Shown: in pieces, positions 1-9,307 of the stretch
Layout: each line of letters starts with the position of its first letter
How positions within the stretch are numbered: position 1 is the stretch's first letter
Assembly (NCBI GenBank): GCA_035518095.1
Contig: DATIXX010000005.1
Span: 421 to 64,420 of the forward strand
Length of the DNA: 64,000 bases
Source of the DNA: Burkholderiales bacterium
GTDB lineage: Bacteria > Pseudomonadota > Gammaproteobacteria > Burkholderiales > JAHFRG01
Reading direction: 5' to 3'
Notes under the pieces: model-generated
Told to the model about the DNA's origin: nothing
Seen by the model: only the letters and a program-made list of their open reading frames with translations
The model's database searches: none
Made by a program: the position numbers and the translations under genes

Positions 1-177
1 TGCAGTCGAGGCCATGCCATTGGCAAGGAACAGCAGGACGAGATATTGCGCAGCAGTGAGGTCAAACTGGGCCAGTTCTTTATCAAGCGTGTCGTGCAGC
101 GACATCCGTACTCGGCCCATCAGGTAAGGGATGCTCTGCTGCACGTCGTAATTTTTCGGATCATAGACCGCCGCCAT
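1..177 (-). CDS. MarR-family transcriptional regulator, N-terminal 59 codons only (continues past window edge)
   Basis: Own translation of the minus strand from ATG at 177..175: MAAVYDPKNYDVQQSIPYLMGRVRMSLHDTLDKELAQFDLTAAQYLVLLFLANGMASTA. The ..LT.AQ..VL..L.. pattern is typical of the start of the MarR winged helix. Not in the ORF track because it is truncated. Confidence 0.55.
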   Translation of the reverse strand, partial: MAAVYDPKNYDVQQSIPYLMGRVRMSLHDTLDKELAQFDLTAAQYLVLLFLANGMASTA

Positions 178-228
178 GTTGGGCACCCCCGATTCACAAA
201 TATGATAGCGAGATATTAATTGCCTAAG

Positions 229-268
229 CAACTATTGTCAAGTCAAGTATTGTAATGTCAACTATTGT
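229..268. promoter_or_regulatory. Direct repeat CAACTATTGT x2 (229..238 and 259..268) in the AT-rich region upstream of the MarR-like gene; candidate operator
   Basis: Exact 10-nt repeat, 30 nt centre to centre, 52-91 nt upstream of the minus-strand ATG at 177. Confidence 0.3.
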
Positions 269-403
269 TGGGGCCGCTGTTGGGCCAATTTTTTAATTCA
301 TACACTCGGTTTTAAAAGCACCGGGGTTGAAAATTTACATCTCGCGGAACAATGCGGCGCGCGGTAAACTCTTAGCAAACGTATCCAGCGCGGAGTCTAG
401 GCC

Positions 404-1216
404 GTGAAAAATCCAATAAAGTGGGTAATTATCATCGTGGCGCTCATTGGCGCTGCGGCTATCGTTTACTATCACTGGTTTAGGGAAGCGCCTGCGCCGC
501 AGCCTCAACCTCAACCGGTACAGCAACCGCCAGCACCCGTTGAAACCAAACCGGTTCCGGAAACTCAGCCTGCACCAAAGATTCAGTACCCGGTACCTGA
601 AACTGAAAAAGAGAAACCTTTGCCTACGCTTGGCGAAAGCGACGCAGCGATGCGGGAAGCGCTCGAAGACCTGTTTGGAAAGCGCGCGTTTGCAAAATAC
701 TTTTACTTGGACGAGATCATCCGCCGCATTGTCGTCACGGTTGATAATCTGCCGCGACAAAAAGTGTCGCAACGGTTTATTCCAGTTAAGCCGGTCGCCG
801 GAAGATTTCGCGTAACCGGCGAGGACGAAAATCCGGTTATCAGCCCCAGGAACTACTCACGCTATGCGCCTTACGTCCGGTCGGCGGAGGCTGTGAGCGT
901 CAAAAAGGCGGTCGCAGTCTACGTCCATTTTTATCCGTTGTTCCAACAGGCGTACCGGGACCTCGGATATCCAAAAGGGAATTTCAATGACCGTTTGATT
1001 GAGGCTATCGACAACCTGCTTGCCACGCCTGAGGTCAAAGGGCCGGTGAAGCTGGTCCAACCGGGCGTGCTCTATCAGTACGCAGACCCGAATTTGGAAG
1101 CGCTTTCCGCAGGCCAAAAGATTATGATCCGAATGGGAACCGAGAATGCCAACCGGATCAAGGTAAAGCTTAGGGAATACCGAAGTGAGCTGACGCACGT
1201 GGAATTGAAGCAGTAG
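404..1216 (+). CDS. Membrane-anchored Pro/Gln-rich protein, DUF3014-like
   Basis: 270-aa ORF with GTG start. It has an N-terminal TM helix (WVIIIVALIGAAAIVYYHW) followed by a PQPQPQPVQQPPAP linker. The domain call is from memory of DUF3014 architecture. Confidence 0.6.
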   Translation: MKNPIKWVIIIVALIGAAAIVYYHWFREAPAPQPQPQPVQQPPAPVETKPVPETQPAPKIQYPVPETEKEKPLPTLGESDAAMREALEDLFGKRAFAKYFYLDEIIRRIVVTVDNLPRQKVSQRFIPVKPVAGRFRVTGEDENPVISPRNYSRYAPYVRSAEAVSVKKAVAVYVHFYPLFQQAYRDLGYPKGNFNDRLIEAIDNLLATPEVKGPVKLVQPGVLYQYADPNLEALSAGQKIMIRMGTENANRIKVKLREYRSELTHVELKQ

Positions 1217-1377
1217 CGCGGCCATTGTCAATTTATTCTCGGCGCTTTAACCGGCCGTTTGTTATCGCGCGCGTGCGGCGAACTGCTAATTAAATAAAAT
1301 CACGTTCGATTGCTGGCGCGCTTGTTTATAGAGCGCAGCAAGGCTAAACTCGCGCAGCCTACTTACTCAGCCGACAT

Positions 1378-2199
1378 ATGGATCTGCTGCTTCTGAAAGC
1401 ATTTATTCTCGGCGTGATCGAGGGCGTGACTGAATTCCTGCCGGTTTCAAGCACCGGCCACTTGATACTCGCCGGCGAACTGCTCAATTTCAACGATGAA
1501 AAAGGCAAGGTATTTGAAATCGCCATCCAGCTTGCGGCAATACTCGCAGTGTGTTGGGAATACCGCGTGAAACTCATCGAGGTTGCGCGCGGACTTTCGA
1601 CACGAGCAGACGCACAGCGCTTTTTGCTGAATCTTTTTGTGGCTTTCCTGCCCGCGGCAATTCTGGGCCTGCTTTTCATTAAGGTTATCAAGAAGTATTT
1701 ATTTCACGCCGTGCCCGTGGCGCTGGCATTTATCATAGGCGGGGTGCTGATTCTTTGGGCCGAGCGCAGGAAACACCGGATCAGGATTCAGATCGTGGAC
1801 GAGATGCGCTGGCAGGATGCTCTTAAGGTCGGCCTCGCTCAATGTTTGGCACTGATTCCCGGCACCTCTCGCTCGGGCGCCACCATCATCGGGGGTTTGT
1901 TTTTCGGCCTGTCGCGCCGCGCGGCAACCGAGTTCTCATTTTTCCTCGCTATTCCCGTGATGTTCGCCGCGACGTTTTACGAACTATATGAACACCGGCA
2001 TTTGCTCAACGGCGGCGATTACGGGATGTTCGCGGTGGGTTTCGCAGCATCGTTCGTGAGTGCGTTTTACGCGGTGCGCGGTCTTTTGCGTTACATCAGC
2101 AGTCACGACTTCAGCGCCTTTGCGTGGTACCGCATCGCATTTGGCTTGGCGGTATTGGCGACTTCGTACACCGGCCTGGTAAACTGGTCCGCCAGCTAG
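1378..2199 (+). CDS. uppP: Undecaprenyl-diphosphate phosphatase
   Basis: 273 aa. [20 protein letters not shown] and [10 protein letters not shown] are signature BacA/UppP motifs. Confidence 0.95.
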   Translation: MDLLLLKAFILGVIEGVTEFLPVSSTGHLILAGELLNFNDEKGKVFEIAIQLAAILAVCWEYRVKLIEVARGLSTRADAQRFLLNLFVAFLPAAILGLLFIKVIKKYLFHAVPVALAFIIGGVLILWAERRKHRIRIQIVDEMRWQDALKVGLAQCLALIPGTSRSGATIIGGLFFGLSRRAATEFSFFLAIPVMFAATFYELYEHRHLLNGGDYGMFAVGFAASFVSAFYAVRGLLRYISSHDFSAFAWYRIAFGLAVLATSYTGLVNWSAS

Positions 2200-2263
2200 A
2201 ATACGGCGACTGCGCCCAAGCTGCGCGGCCCCGCTCCACAATCGAGAACCACGTTATTTCACG

Positions 2264-3592
2264 CTACTTGATCCAGCCGATCGCCGTGGGCAGCCACAGC
2301 GAAATTTGGGGGAAAGCTATCACCAACGCGAGACCGATGAGCTGCACCACGATAAACTGGATGACGCCCCGATAGATGTCGCCGGTCGTCACCCCCGGCG
2401 GCGCGACGCCTTTGATGAAGAACAGTGCCCAGCCGAACGGAGGCGTTAAGAAGGAGGTCTGCAGGTTGACGCAGATCACTGTTGCCAACCACACCATGTT
2501 GGTGTGCTGGTGCAAAAAGAACGGCAGAAACAGCGGCAGAACAATATAGCAGATCTCGATCCATTCCATAAAAAAGCCGAGAAGAAACAGGACTCCCATC
2601 AGGAAAATGAGGGTTCCCCAATACCCGCCTGGAATCGAACTCAGTAGCCGGTCGATCAGGTCGTCGCCGTTGAGCCCGCGGAAGGTCACACTGAACGTCC
2701 GCGAGCCGAACAGGATCAGCATGATCATGGCGTTCACGTTGAGCGTGCTTTTCATGGTTTCCCTGAGAATCCTCAAGTTGAACCTGCGCGCGAACGACAC
2801 GATGAGCAGTGCGCCCAGAGCCCCCATCGACGCGGCCTCTGTGGGTGCTGCAATCCCGCCCATGATGGATCCGAGCACTGCAATAATGAGCAGAATCGGC
2901 GGTGCTACGCCCTTGACCGCGCGCTTGGCGAGCGCGCGCCGCGTGACCCGGGAACGCTCCTCATGCGGGATAGGCGGAGCCAGGCTCGGCTTGATTCTGG
3001 CAAGAATCAGGATGTAAACGATATACAGGCCCCCGAGCATGATTCCAGGAATCAGAGCGGCTGCGAACAACGTGCCGATAGACTCCCCCACCAAGTCCGC
3101 GAGCAGGATGAGAATTAGACTGGGTGGAATGATTTGACCCAGGGTTCCGGATGCGCAGATAGTGCCGCAGGCCAAGCCCTTGTTGTAGCCGCGCTTGAGC
3201 AGCGTCGGAAGCGAGAGCAGGCTGACCGTCACCACCGTCGCTCCGACGATGCCCGTTGCGGCTCCCATCAGGATGCCGACGATGATGATGCCGATCGCCA
3301 TCCCGCCCGGGACTTTCCCGGCCATAAGACCCATGACATCCAACATCTCCTCGGCGATCCGCGATTTCTCCAGCAGTACGCCCATGAAGACGAACAGCGG
3401 GACGGCCAGCAGCGTGTAGTTGGTCGCCATCCCGTAGATCTGCAGCGGCACGAGGCTGAACAGGTTGTGGCCAAACCCCAGGAATCCGAACAAGATTCCT
3501 GCTGCAGCGATGGCAAACCCTACCGGCACGCCGGCCAGGAGCAGTGCCACAAAGGCGAAAACCTCGAGCCCTGCCAGGATCTCATTGGCCAT
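2264..3592 (-). CDS. TRAP transporter large permease (DctM family)
   Basis: 442-aa polytopic membrane protein. It overlaps the small-permease gene by 11 nt, the usual Q-M arrangement. Confidence 0.92.
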   Translation of the reverse strand: MANEILAGLEVFAFVALLLAGVPVGFAIAAAGILFGFLGFGHNLFSLVPLQIYGMATNYTLLAVPLFVFMGVLLEKSRIAEEMLDVMGLMAGKVPGGMAIGIIIVGILMGAATGIVGATVVTVSLLSLPTLLKRGYNKGLACGTICASGTLGQIIPPSLILILLADLVGESIGTLFAAALIPGIMLGGLYIVYILILARIKPSLAPPIPHEERSRVTRRALAKRAVKGVAPPILLIIAVLGSIMGGIAAPTEAASMGALGALLIVSFARRFNLRILRETMKSTLNVNAMIMLILFGSRTFSVTFRGLNGDDLIDRLLSSIPGGYWGTLIFLMGVLFLLGFFMEWIEICYIVLPLFLPFFLHQHTNMVWLATVICVNLQTSFLTPPFGWALFFIKGVAPPGVTTGDIYRGVIQFIVVQLIGLALVIAFPQISLWLPTAIGWIK

Positions 3593-4115
3593 CGTTGGCT
3601 CGTCTGCTCTTGCGCAGGATCATCGCCGCCTTCTCCATGGCTAAGGCAAGACTCTGGAGACCCAGCAGCAGGAGTCCTAGCGGAACGAAGGACTTCAGGA
3701 CCCAAACGTACGGGAGCCCTCCGGGACTCTGCGAAACTTCATGGTCGGCATAGCTCTGTCCCACGAACTGCAGCGACAGATACGACAGGTAAAGGGAGAT
3801 GGGAAACATCACTAACAGCGCAACCAGGAAGTCGAACCACAGTCGGGCGTTCTCGCTGTAGTACTGATAAAGGACGTCGACCCGAACGTGCTCGCCCTCC
3901 TTTAGGGTAAAGGAGACTCCGAGCAGCGAAATAATGGCGAGGCCCCACCATTCCAGTTCCTGGGCTGCAATGCTGCTTTCGTCGAAGCCGTAGCGCATCA
4001 GAACCTCGGCGGCGATCAGCAGCACCAGGCCGAGCACCATCCACGAGACAACGCGCCCGATGCGGTCGATCAACGCGCTAATCACGCGGGACAGGCGCAA
4101 CAGAAGGCCATCCAT
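3582..4115 (-). CDS. TRAP transporter small permease (DctQ family)
   Basis: 177 aa with 4 predicted TM segments, lying between the DctP-type and DctM-type genes. Confidence 0.85.
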   Translation of the reverse strand: MDGLLLRLSRVISALIDRIGRVVSWMVLGLVLLIAAEVLMRYGFDESSIAAQELEWWGLAIISLLGVSFTLKEGEHVRVDVLYQYYSENARLWFDFLVALLVMFPISLYLSYLSLQFVGQSYADHEVSQSPGGLPYVWVLKSFVPLGLLLLGLQSLALAMEKAAMILRKSRRANDGQ

Positions 4116-4213
4116 CTTCGCTCCTTGCTAGAGTGCGACAGACACAATAATCGGGTGACGGTCGCGCGCCCAATCGTCAGCGCGGAACGGCTACGCGACG
4201 CTCGAATCGATCG

Positions 4214-5317
4214 TCAGACCGGCTGCACGTGCGTCAGGTACTCTGTCTCACTGATGGCCGACCACTTGTCGTGGACTTTCTTGTAGCCGAAATACGACTC
4301 GTGCACTTTTTTGACCAAGGGGTCCTTAGCCACGTAGCTCGCCAGCGTATCGAAGGTTGCCGTCTTGAGGCCCTTGATGATCTCATCCGGCAGCGGCGCG
4401 GTCATCACGCCGTAGTTGGTCCTCAGGTCCTCGAGCGCCGCCATGTTTTGCGACTCGAGGTACATGATGCCCTCGATGCTGGTAGCCGCCGCGGCCTGCG
4501 CGATCATCGCCTGGAGATCCTTGGGCAGCGAGTTCCACGCCATTTCGTTGACCGTGATCTCGCCGGTAGTCGAGGGCTCGTGCCAGCCGGTGGTGTAGTA
4601 GTACTTGGCGGCGTTTTGCAGGCCGAGCCGCTTGTCGAGAAACGGACCGACCCACTCCGCGGCGTCGATCACGCCGCGCTCGAGCGCAGGAAAGATTTCG
4701 CCGCCCGGCAGCGAGCTGACGGCCACCCCGAGCTGCGCGTAGATTTTCGCTGCGATCCCAACCTCGCGCATCTTTAACCCCTTGAGGTCGGCGAGACTGT
4801 GCAGCGGCTTGCGGAACCAGCCGGTCATTTGTACGCCCGAGCAGTTGGCCGGGAAGGGGACCAGGTGGAAGGGCTTGTAGACCTCGCGCCACAGGTCCAT
4901 CCCGCCGCCGTAATAAAGCCAGGAGTAGTGGCCCAGGTATTCCATCCCGAAAGGAACGGTGGTGAAGTACTGGGCTGCGAAGGTCTTTCCCGACCAGTAG
5001 TAGGACGCGGCGTGATTCATTTCCACGTTGCCCGCCGAGCAGGCATCGAAGCCGCCAAACGCGGGGAGTAGTTCCCCTGCGGCGAAGACTTTAATCTTCA
5101 GCCGCCCATCGGACATCTGATCGCATTTTTCAGCAAAGGATTCGGCGCTTCCCGGGCCGCTCTGGTAAAACGGCAAACCCACGGGCCACGCAGTGGTCAT
5201 GCGCCAGCTGAATGTCTTGCTTGATTCTGCTCGCGCGATCATCGGAAAACCAGCGATCGCGGCGCCGGCGCCGGAAACGGCGGCGCCTTTGAGAAACTTT
5301 CTGCGCTGACTTTGCAT
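4214..5317 (-). CDS. TRAP transporter substrate-binding protein (DctP family) with twin-arginine signal
   Basis: 367 aa. N-terminus MQSQRRKFLKGAAVSGAGAAIAGFPMIARA is Tat-like. It is the first gene of a P-Q-M operon. Confidence 0.9.
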   Translation of the reverse strand: MQSQRRKFLKGAAVSGAGAAIAGFPMIARAESSKTFSWRMTTAWPVGLPFYQSGPGSAESFAEKCDQMSDGRLKIKVFAAGELLPAFGGFDACSAGNVEMNHAASYYWSGKTFAAQYFTTVPFGMEYLGHYSWLYYGGGMDLWREVYKPFHLVPFPANCSGVQMTGWFRKPLHSLADLKGLKMREVGIAAKIYAQLGVAVSSLPGGEIFPALERGVIDAAEWVGPFLDKRLGLQNAAKYYYTTGWHEPSTTGEITVNEMAWNSLPKDLQAMIAQAAAATSIEGIMYLESQNMAALEDLRTNYGVMTAPLPDEIIKGLKTATFDTLASYVAKDPLVKKVHESYFGYKKVHDKWSAISETEYLTHVQPV

Positions 5318-5352
5318 AGATCCTCCTGTTTGTCGTATTACCGTGGTGAATT

Positions 5353-5386
5353 GCCAGGCACCTTATCTTCGAATACGGTACCTGGC
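5353..5386. promoter_or_regulatory. Imperfect palindrome GCCAGGCACC-N14-GGTACCTGGC upstream of the TRAP operon
   Basis: 9 of 10 bases are complementary between the arms. It lies 36-69 nt upstream of the dctP-type ATG (5317, minus strand). Confidence 0.25.
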
Positions 5387-5575
5387 GTAATGATCTCGTC
5401 CAAGAAAGCCCGCATCTGCCCGCGCCGTGACGTGCTGTTATTGTCGCGGGCATTGTGACAAGCGGTCTTGAGAGAATTCTACCAAAGAATGGGTGCGCCG
5501 GAATCTTGTTTCGGCAACCTTTGCTAAACTCCATCATTTGGTAAAGGCCCGGCGCGGCCGTTGGTGCAATAAACC

Positions 5576-6787
5576 ATGATTTCACTGCAGCGCTATCAAC
5601 AGCTTGTTCGCGCGCACTACGTTGGCGATGCGATTTTATCCTCAATAATCGGGCGGATGCCCATGAGCATTACCGGTCTGGCGCTTCTCCTTTTCATTCA
5701 GTCAAAAACGCGCTCGTTTGCTTTGGCGGGAATGATAAGCGCGCTTTATGTTCTGGGACTGGGGCTGCTCGCACCAATTCTTGGCCGCTTGATTGACCGC
5801 TTGGGGCCGAAGCCGGTATTAAGCGTGAGCGCGGTGACGTATCCGGTCGCGCTCATTGCGCTGGTGCTGCTCGTTGCTCAATCCGCGCCCTCATTATGGG
5901 TCGCGGCGTGTTCAGTTGTTGCGGGCGCGGCCATGCCGCCGATTACGGTATGTATGCGCGCGCTTTATCCGCAGTTACTCAAAGACGAGAACCTAGTGCA
6001 AGCCGCTTATTCGCTGGACTCGGCATTGATCGAGACGATATTTATCCTCGGCCCAAACTTGGTTGCCGTCTTTGTGGCAGCGCACTTAACTCAGGGTGCC
6101 GTATTGTTTGCAGCGGGGTGCGCTGCGCTGGGCAGCATTGTCTTCTTGCGCTCGCGGGCGATCAAATTCTGGACGCTGCACGGGCCCGGTTCAAGTCGCG
6201 ACCTGCTCGGCCCGCTGCATAATCCGAGGCTGCTGGCTTTGTTCATGGCCACATGTCTGTATTCAGCGGCATTCGGGTTGTTCGAGGTCGGGGTTACGGG
6301 CTTTGCGACCTACCGGGGCACGCCCGCAGCGGCGGGCACAATATTGGGCTTGGCAAGCGTAGGCAGCGCGCTTGGCGTTTTCGTCTATGGCAGCCACAAT
6401 TGGACCGCTCCAGTGACCCGGCAGTTGCTGCTGGCACTTGCGGCCATGGCCGGAGGTATTTTAATGGTGATTCCGGTAAATAATCTGTACGCGTTCGCGG
6501 TAATTGCTGTGATCGGCTGTGCTCCGATGTCGGTGGTGTTGGCGGCAACGTCAACGTTGATCTCAAGGCTGGCATCGCGCGCGATGATCGCTGAAAGCTT
6601 TACCTGGATGGCGACATGCTTGCTTGTCGGCATCAGCGCCGGTACCGCAGCGGGCGGTGTCATGGTCGAACATTTTTCGGCGACACCGGTGTTCGTTTCC
6701 GCCGCGGCGACGACGGCGTTGGCAGGATTAGTAACCGGACTGAAGCTAAGCGCGAGGTCAATGCTGCCCGCGAACGAGAAGATATAA
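5576..6787 (+). CDS. MFS transporter
   Basis: 403 aa with about 12 hydrophobic segments. G..IDR.G.K after TM2 resembles the MFS loop 2-3 motif. Confidence 0.85.
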   Translation: MISLQRYQQLVRAHYVGDAILSSIIGRMPMSITGLALLLFIQSKTRSFALAGMISALYVLGLGLLAPILGRLIDRLGPKPVLSVSAVTYPVALIALVLLVAQSAPSLWVAACSVVAGAAMPPITVCMRALYPQLLKDENLVQAAYSLDSALIETIFILGPNLVAVFVAAHLTQGAVLFAAGCAALGSIVFLRSRAIKFWTLHGPGSSRDLLGPLHNPRLLALFMATCLYSAAFGLFEVGVTGFATYRGTPAAAGTILGLASVGSALGVFVYGSHNWTAPVTRQLLLALAAMAGGILMVIPVNNLYAFAVIAVIGCAPMSVVLAATSTLISRLASRAMIAESFTWMATCLLVGISAGTAAGGVMVEHFSATPVFVSAAATTALAGLVTGLKLSARSMLPANEKI

Positions 6788-6816
6788 ATCGCCCGCGCTG
6801 GTCATTGCCGCCCAAC

Positions 6817-7269
6817 TTAATTTTGCACCCACGGCAATCCGGCCACGCGCCAGCCGCCAATCGTATTACGGTGTTGTGCGCTGTCCTTGGCTCCTTCAAA
6901 ACCTTCGAGCACGTTAAAGCAACTTTCGTATCCGGTCTGCGTCGCCACTATTGCGGCGTTGTGCGAGCGTTGCCCGCTTCTGCAGATAAACATCACCAGC
7001 GAATCCGGCTTGACCTGTTGTTTAAGCTGGTTGAGAAAGTTCGGGTTGGGTTGCGATCCGGGGTAAGCGAGCAATTCGATCTCCACGCTACCAGGCACGC
7101 GCCCGACCCAATCCCATTCGGCGCGCGAGCGCACGTCAACCAGTTTGGCATTTGGTGCTTCGGTCATGAGCAGGTACGCTTCCTTCGGAAGGAGCGCGCC
7201 CGCGTAGGGCAAATTCATTTCTGTCGCGCGCTCTTTCGCCGCCTTGAGTATCTCATCAACTTTTCCCAT
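6817..7269 (-). CDS. Rhodanese-domain sulfurtransferase
   Basis: 150 aa. Active-site loop FICRSGQRS, and VDVRSRAEW is typical of rhodanese. Confidence 0.85.
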   Translation of the reverse strand: MGKVDEILKAAKERATEMNLPYAGALLPKEAYLLMTEAPNAKLVDVRSRAEWDWVGRVPGSVEIELLAYPGSQPNPNFLNQLKQQVKPDSLVMFICRSGQRSHNAAIVATQTGYESCFNVLEGFEGAKDSAQHRNTIGGWRVAGLPWVQN

Positions 7270-7377
7270 GGGAGAACCGAATCATTCAACGAGCATTAGA
7301 ACCATTATATCCGCAATCCAACAATTCCTTGCCATTTCGCTGATTTCATTCACGGAGATGAATGATGCTTAATAATT

Positions 7378-7394
7378 GGCACAGTAATGGTGCG
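7378..7394 (+). promoter_or_regulatory. NtrC-type enhancer site (GCAC-N7-GTGC)
   Basis: GGCACAGTAATGGTGCG matches the consensus TGCACCAnnnTGGTGCA at 12 of 14 specified positions. It lies about 100 nt upstream of the sigma-54 promoter. Confidence 0.45.
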
Positions 7395-7485
7395 ATCGCA
7401 GTTTTTTTGTCCCGGTTTGGTGCATTTTATTGCGCTATTCAACGCGGAACGATTTGTGGCACAATACCTTAGACATCATCGGTAA

Positions 7486-7501
7486 TGGCACGCTTAATGC
7501 T
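7486..7501 (+). promoter_or_regulatory. Sigma-54 (-24/-12) promoter of glnA
   Basis: TGGCACGCTTAATGCT against consensus TGGCACG-N4-TTGCW. GG and GC are at the correct 12-nt register. It lies 64 nt upstream of the glnA ATG. Confidence 0.6.
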
Positions 7502-7564
7502 AAACGCTGTCTACCGATATCCCTGGTTAAAACTACCCTGCATTTTCAATCTGAGGAGAAAAAT

Positions 7565-8977
7565 ATGGCGTCGCCCGCTGATGTATTCAAAATAATCAAG
7601 GAAAAAGAGGTCAAGTTTGTGGATCTGCGCTTTACGGACACGCGCGGCAAGGAACAACATGTCACGGTGCCGGTGAAGGCTTTTACCGAGCTCAAGTTTA
7701 CCGACGGTCATTATTTCGACGGTTCGTCTATTGCCGGGTGGAGAAGCATTGAATCCTCCGACATGGTACTTATGCCTGATCCCGAGACTGCGCGCATGGA
7801 TCCATTCACTGACGAGGCGGTTCTCAACATCACCTGCGACGTGATCGAGCCTGCGGAGGGCAAAGGCTACGACCGCGACCCCCGTTCGATTGCCAAGCGC
7901 GCCGAGGCCTATCTCAAGTCGACGGGTATCGCTGACACCGCCTACTTCGGTCCCGAGCCTGAATTCTTTATCTTTGATTCAGTGACCTGGAACGTGGACA
8001 TGTCCGGCTGTTTCGTTAAAATCAAATCTGAGGAAGCGCCGTGGTCTTCTGGCGAGGAGTTTGAAGGCGGAAACACGGGACACCGTGCTCCGATAAAGGG
8101 CGGCTACTTTCCAGTACCGCCGACCGACAGTCTGCATGATATCCGCAATGCCATGGTGCTTGCGCTGGAAGAACAAGGTGTGGAGTGCGAGGTGCACCAC
8201 CACGAAGTGGCCGCCGCTGGACAAAACGAAATGGGGACCAAATATCAGCCCTTGGTAAAGCGTGCTGATTGGATGCAAATACTCAAATACACGGTCTGGA
8301 ATGTTGCCCACTCCTACGGCAAAACTGCGACATTCATGCCCAAACCCATTGTGGGCGACAACGGTTCCGGGATGCACGTACACCAATCTTTGGCGAAGGA
8401 TGGCAAGAACCTTTTCATCGGCAACGGTTATGCCGGACTTTCGGAACTGGCGCTTTATTACATCGGTGGCATCATCAAGCATGCCAGGGCACTAAATGCG
8501 ATTACCAACCCAGGCACCAATTCCTACAAGCGGCTGGTCCCGGGATTCGAAGCGCCGATCAATCTGGCTTATTCCTCACGCAACCGTTCCGCGGCGGTGC
8601 GCGTGCCGCTGGTTCCGAATCCGAAAGCGCGGCGCATCGAAGTGCGCTTTCCCGATCCGACAACCAATCCTTATTTGGCGTTTAGCGCCATGATGTTGGC
8701 CGGACTGGACGGCATCCAGAAAAAGATTCACCCCGGCGATCCAATCGACAAGAACCTCTACGACCTGCCCCCCGAGGAAATGAAAAAGATCACTCATCCT
8801 TGTGCATCGCTTGATGAAGCGCTGGATTGTCTCAACAAGGACCGCGATTTCTTGACGCGCGGCGGTGTATTCTCGAACGACATGCTCGACGCGTATGTCA
8901 CGCTCAAAATGGAGGAGGTGACACGCTTCCGCATGACGACGCACCCGGTTGAGTTCGACATGTACTACGGCCTGTAA
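7565..8977 (+). CDS. glnA: Glutamine synthetase type I
   Basis: ORF 7430..8977, trimmed to the ATG at 7565, which is preceded by GAGGAG (7553..7558). [32 protein letters not shown] is a classic GSI N-terminus. NLYDLPPEE is the adenylylation-loop motif. Confidence 0.97.
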   Translation: MASPADVFKIIKEKEVKFVDLRFTDTRGKEQHVTVPVKAFTELKFTDGHYFDGSSIAGWRSIESSDMVLMPDPETARMDPFTDEAVLNITCDVIEPAEGKGYDRDPRSIAKRAEAYLKSTGIADTAYFGPEPEFFIFDSVTWNVDMSGCFVKIKSEEAPWSSGEEFEGGNTGHRAPIKGGYFPVPPTDSLHDIRNAMVLALEEQGVECEVHHHEVAAAGQNEMGTKYQPLVKRADWMQILKYTVWNVAHSYGKTATFMPKPIVGDNGSGMHVHQSLAKDGKNLFIGNGYAGLSELALYYIGGIIKHARALNAITNPGTNSYKRLVPGFEAPINLAYSSRNRSAAVRVPLVPNPKARRIEVRFPDPTTNPYLAFSAMMLAGLDGIQKKIHPGDPIDKNLYDLPPEEMKKITHPCASLDEALDCLNKDRDFLTRGGVFSNDMLDAYVTLKMEEVTRFRMTTHPVEFDMYYGL

Positions 8978-9183
8978 GCGCACTCGACGTTTGTGCTCGC
9001 TATTGCTTTGTTGCGAGTCCGGCCCAAGATGCTCATTTACTTACTTGTATAGTCCGCTCTTGGTCCAGCCTCGCGCCTCGCTCTAGCGGCGCTCGACGGG
9101 TTGCCGCTTCTCTAAGCTCACTGACAAAAAGATAAGGGCGCGTTGATATCAGCCCCGTTTTCTTGGCCCAGCAACACGTGACG

Positions 9184-9199
9184 TGGCGCGTTGATTGCA
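9184..9199 (+). promoter_or_regulatory. Sigma-54 (-24/-12) promoter ahead of the DUF4124 gene and ntrBC
   Basis: TGGCGCGTTGATTGCA against TGGCACG-N4-TTGCA, with one mismatch and correct spacing. It lies 109 nt upstream of the ATG at 9308. Confidence 0.6.
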
Positions 9200-9307
9200 T
9201 TGAAAATTATCCCGCCATGGCTTACACTTCAACCGGTGTATGGTGGGAACGCGCCAAGGGAGTCGAAATTGGGGTAGTCCTCAATCAGCCGTAAGAGCGG
9301 CGGGGTC

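Noticed and set aside
7377-7462. Additional TGGCAC hexamers (7377..7382, 7457..7462) as sigma-54 promoters
   Set aside because: Neither has a GC dinucleotide 12 nt downstream of the GG. The one at 7377 is better explained as half of the NtrC-type palindrome.
7430-7564. N-terminal extensions in the ORF track. Examples are glnA from 7430, argA from 24695, rlmI from 52951, ruvX from 19394, the IMPase gene from 20787, ttcA from 42983 and prlC from 15900.
   Set aside because: The extensions do not resemble the families and often overlap the upstream gene or promoter. Internal ATGs with SD-like sequences reproduce the canonical N-termini, so the starts were trimmed.
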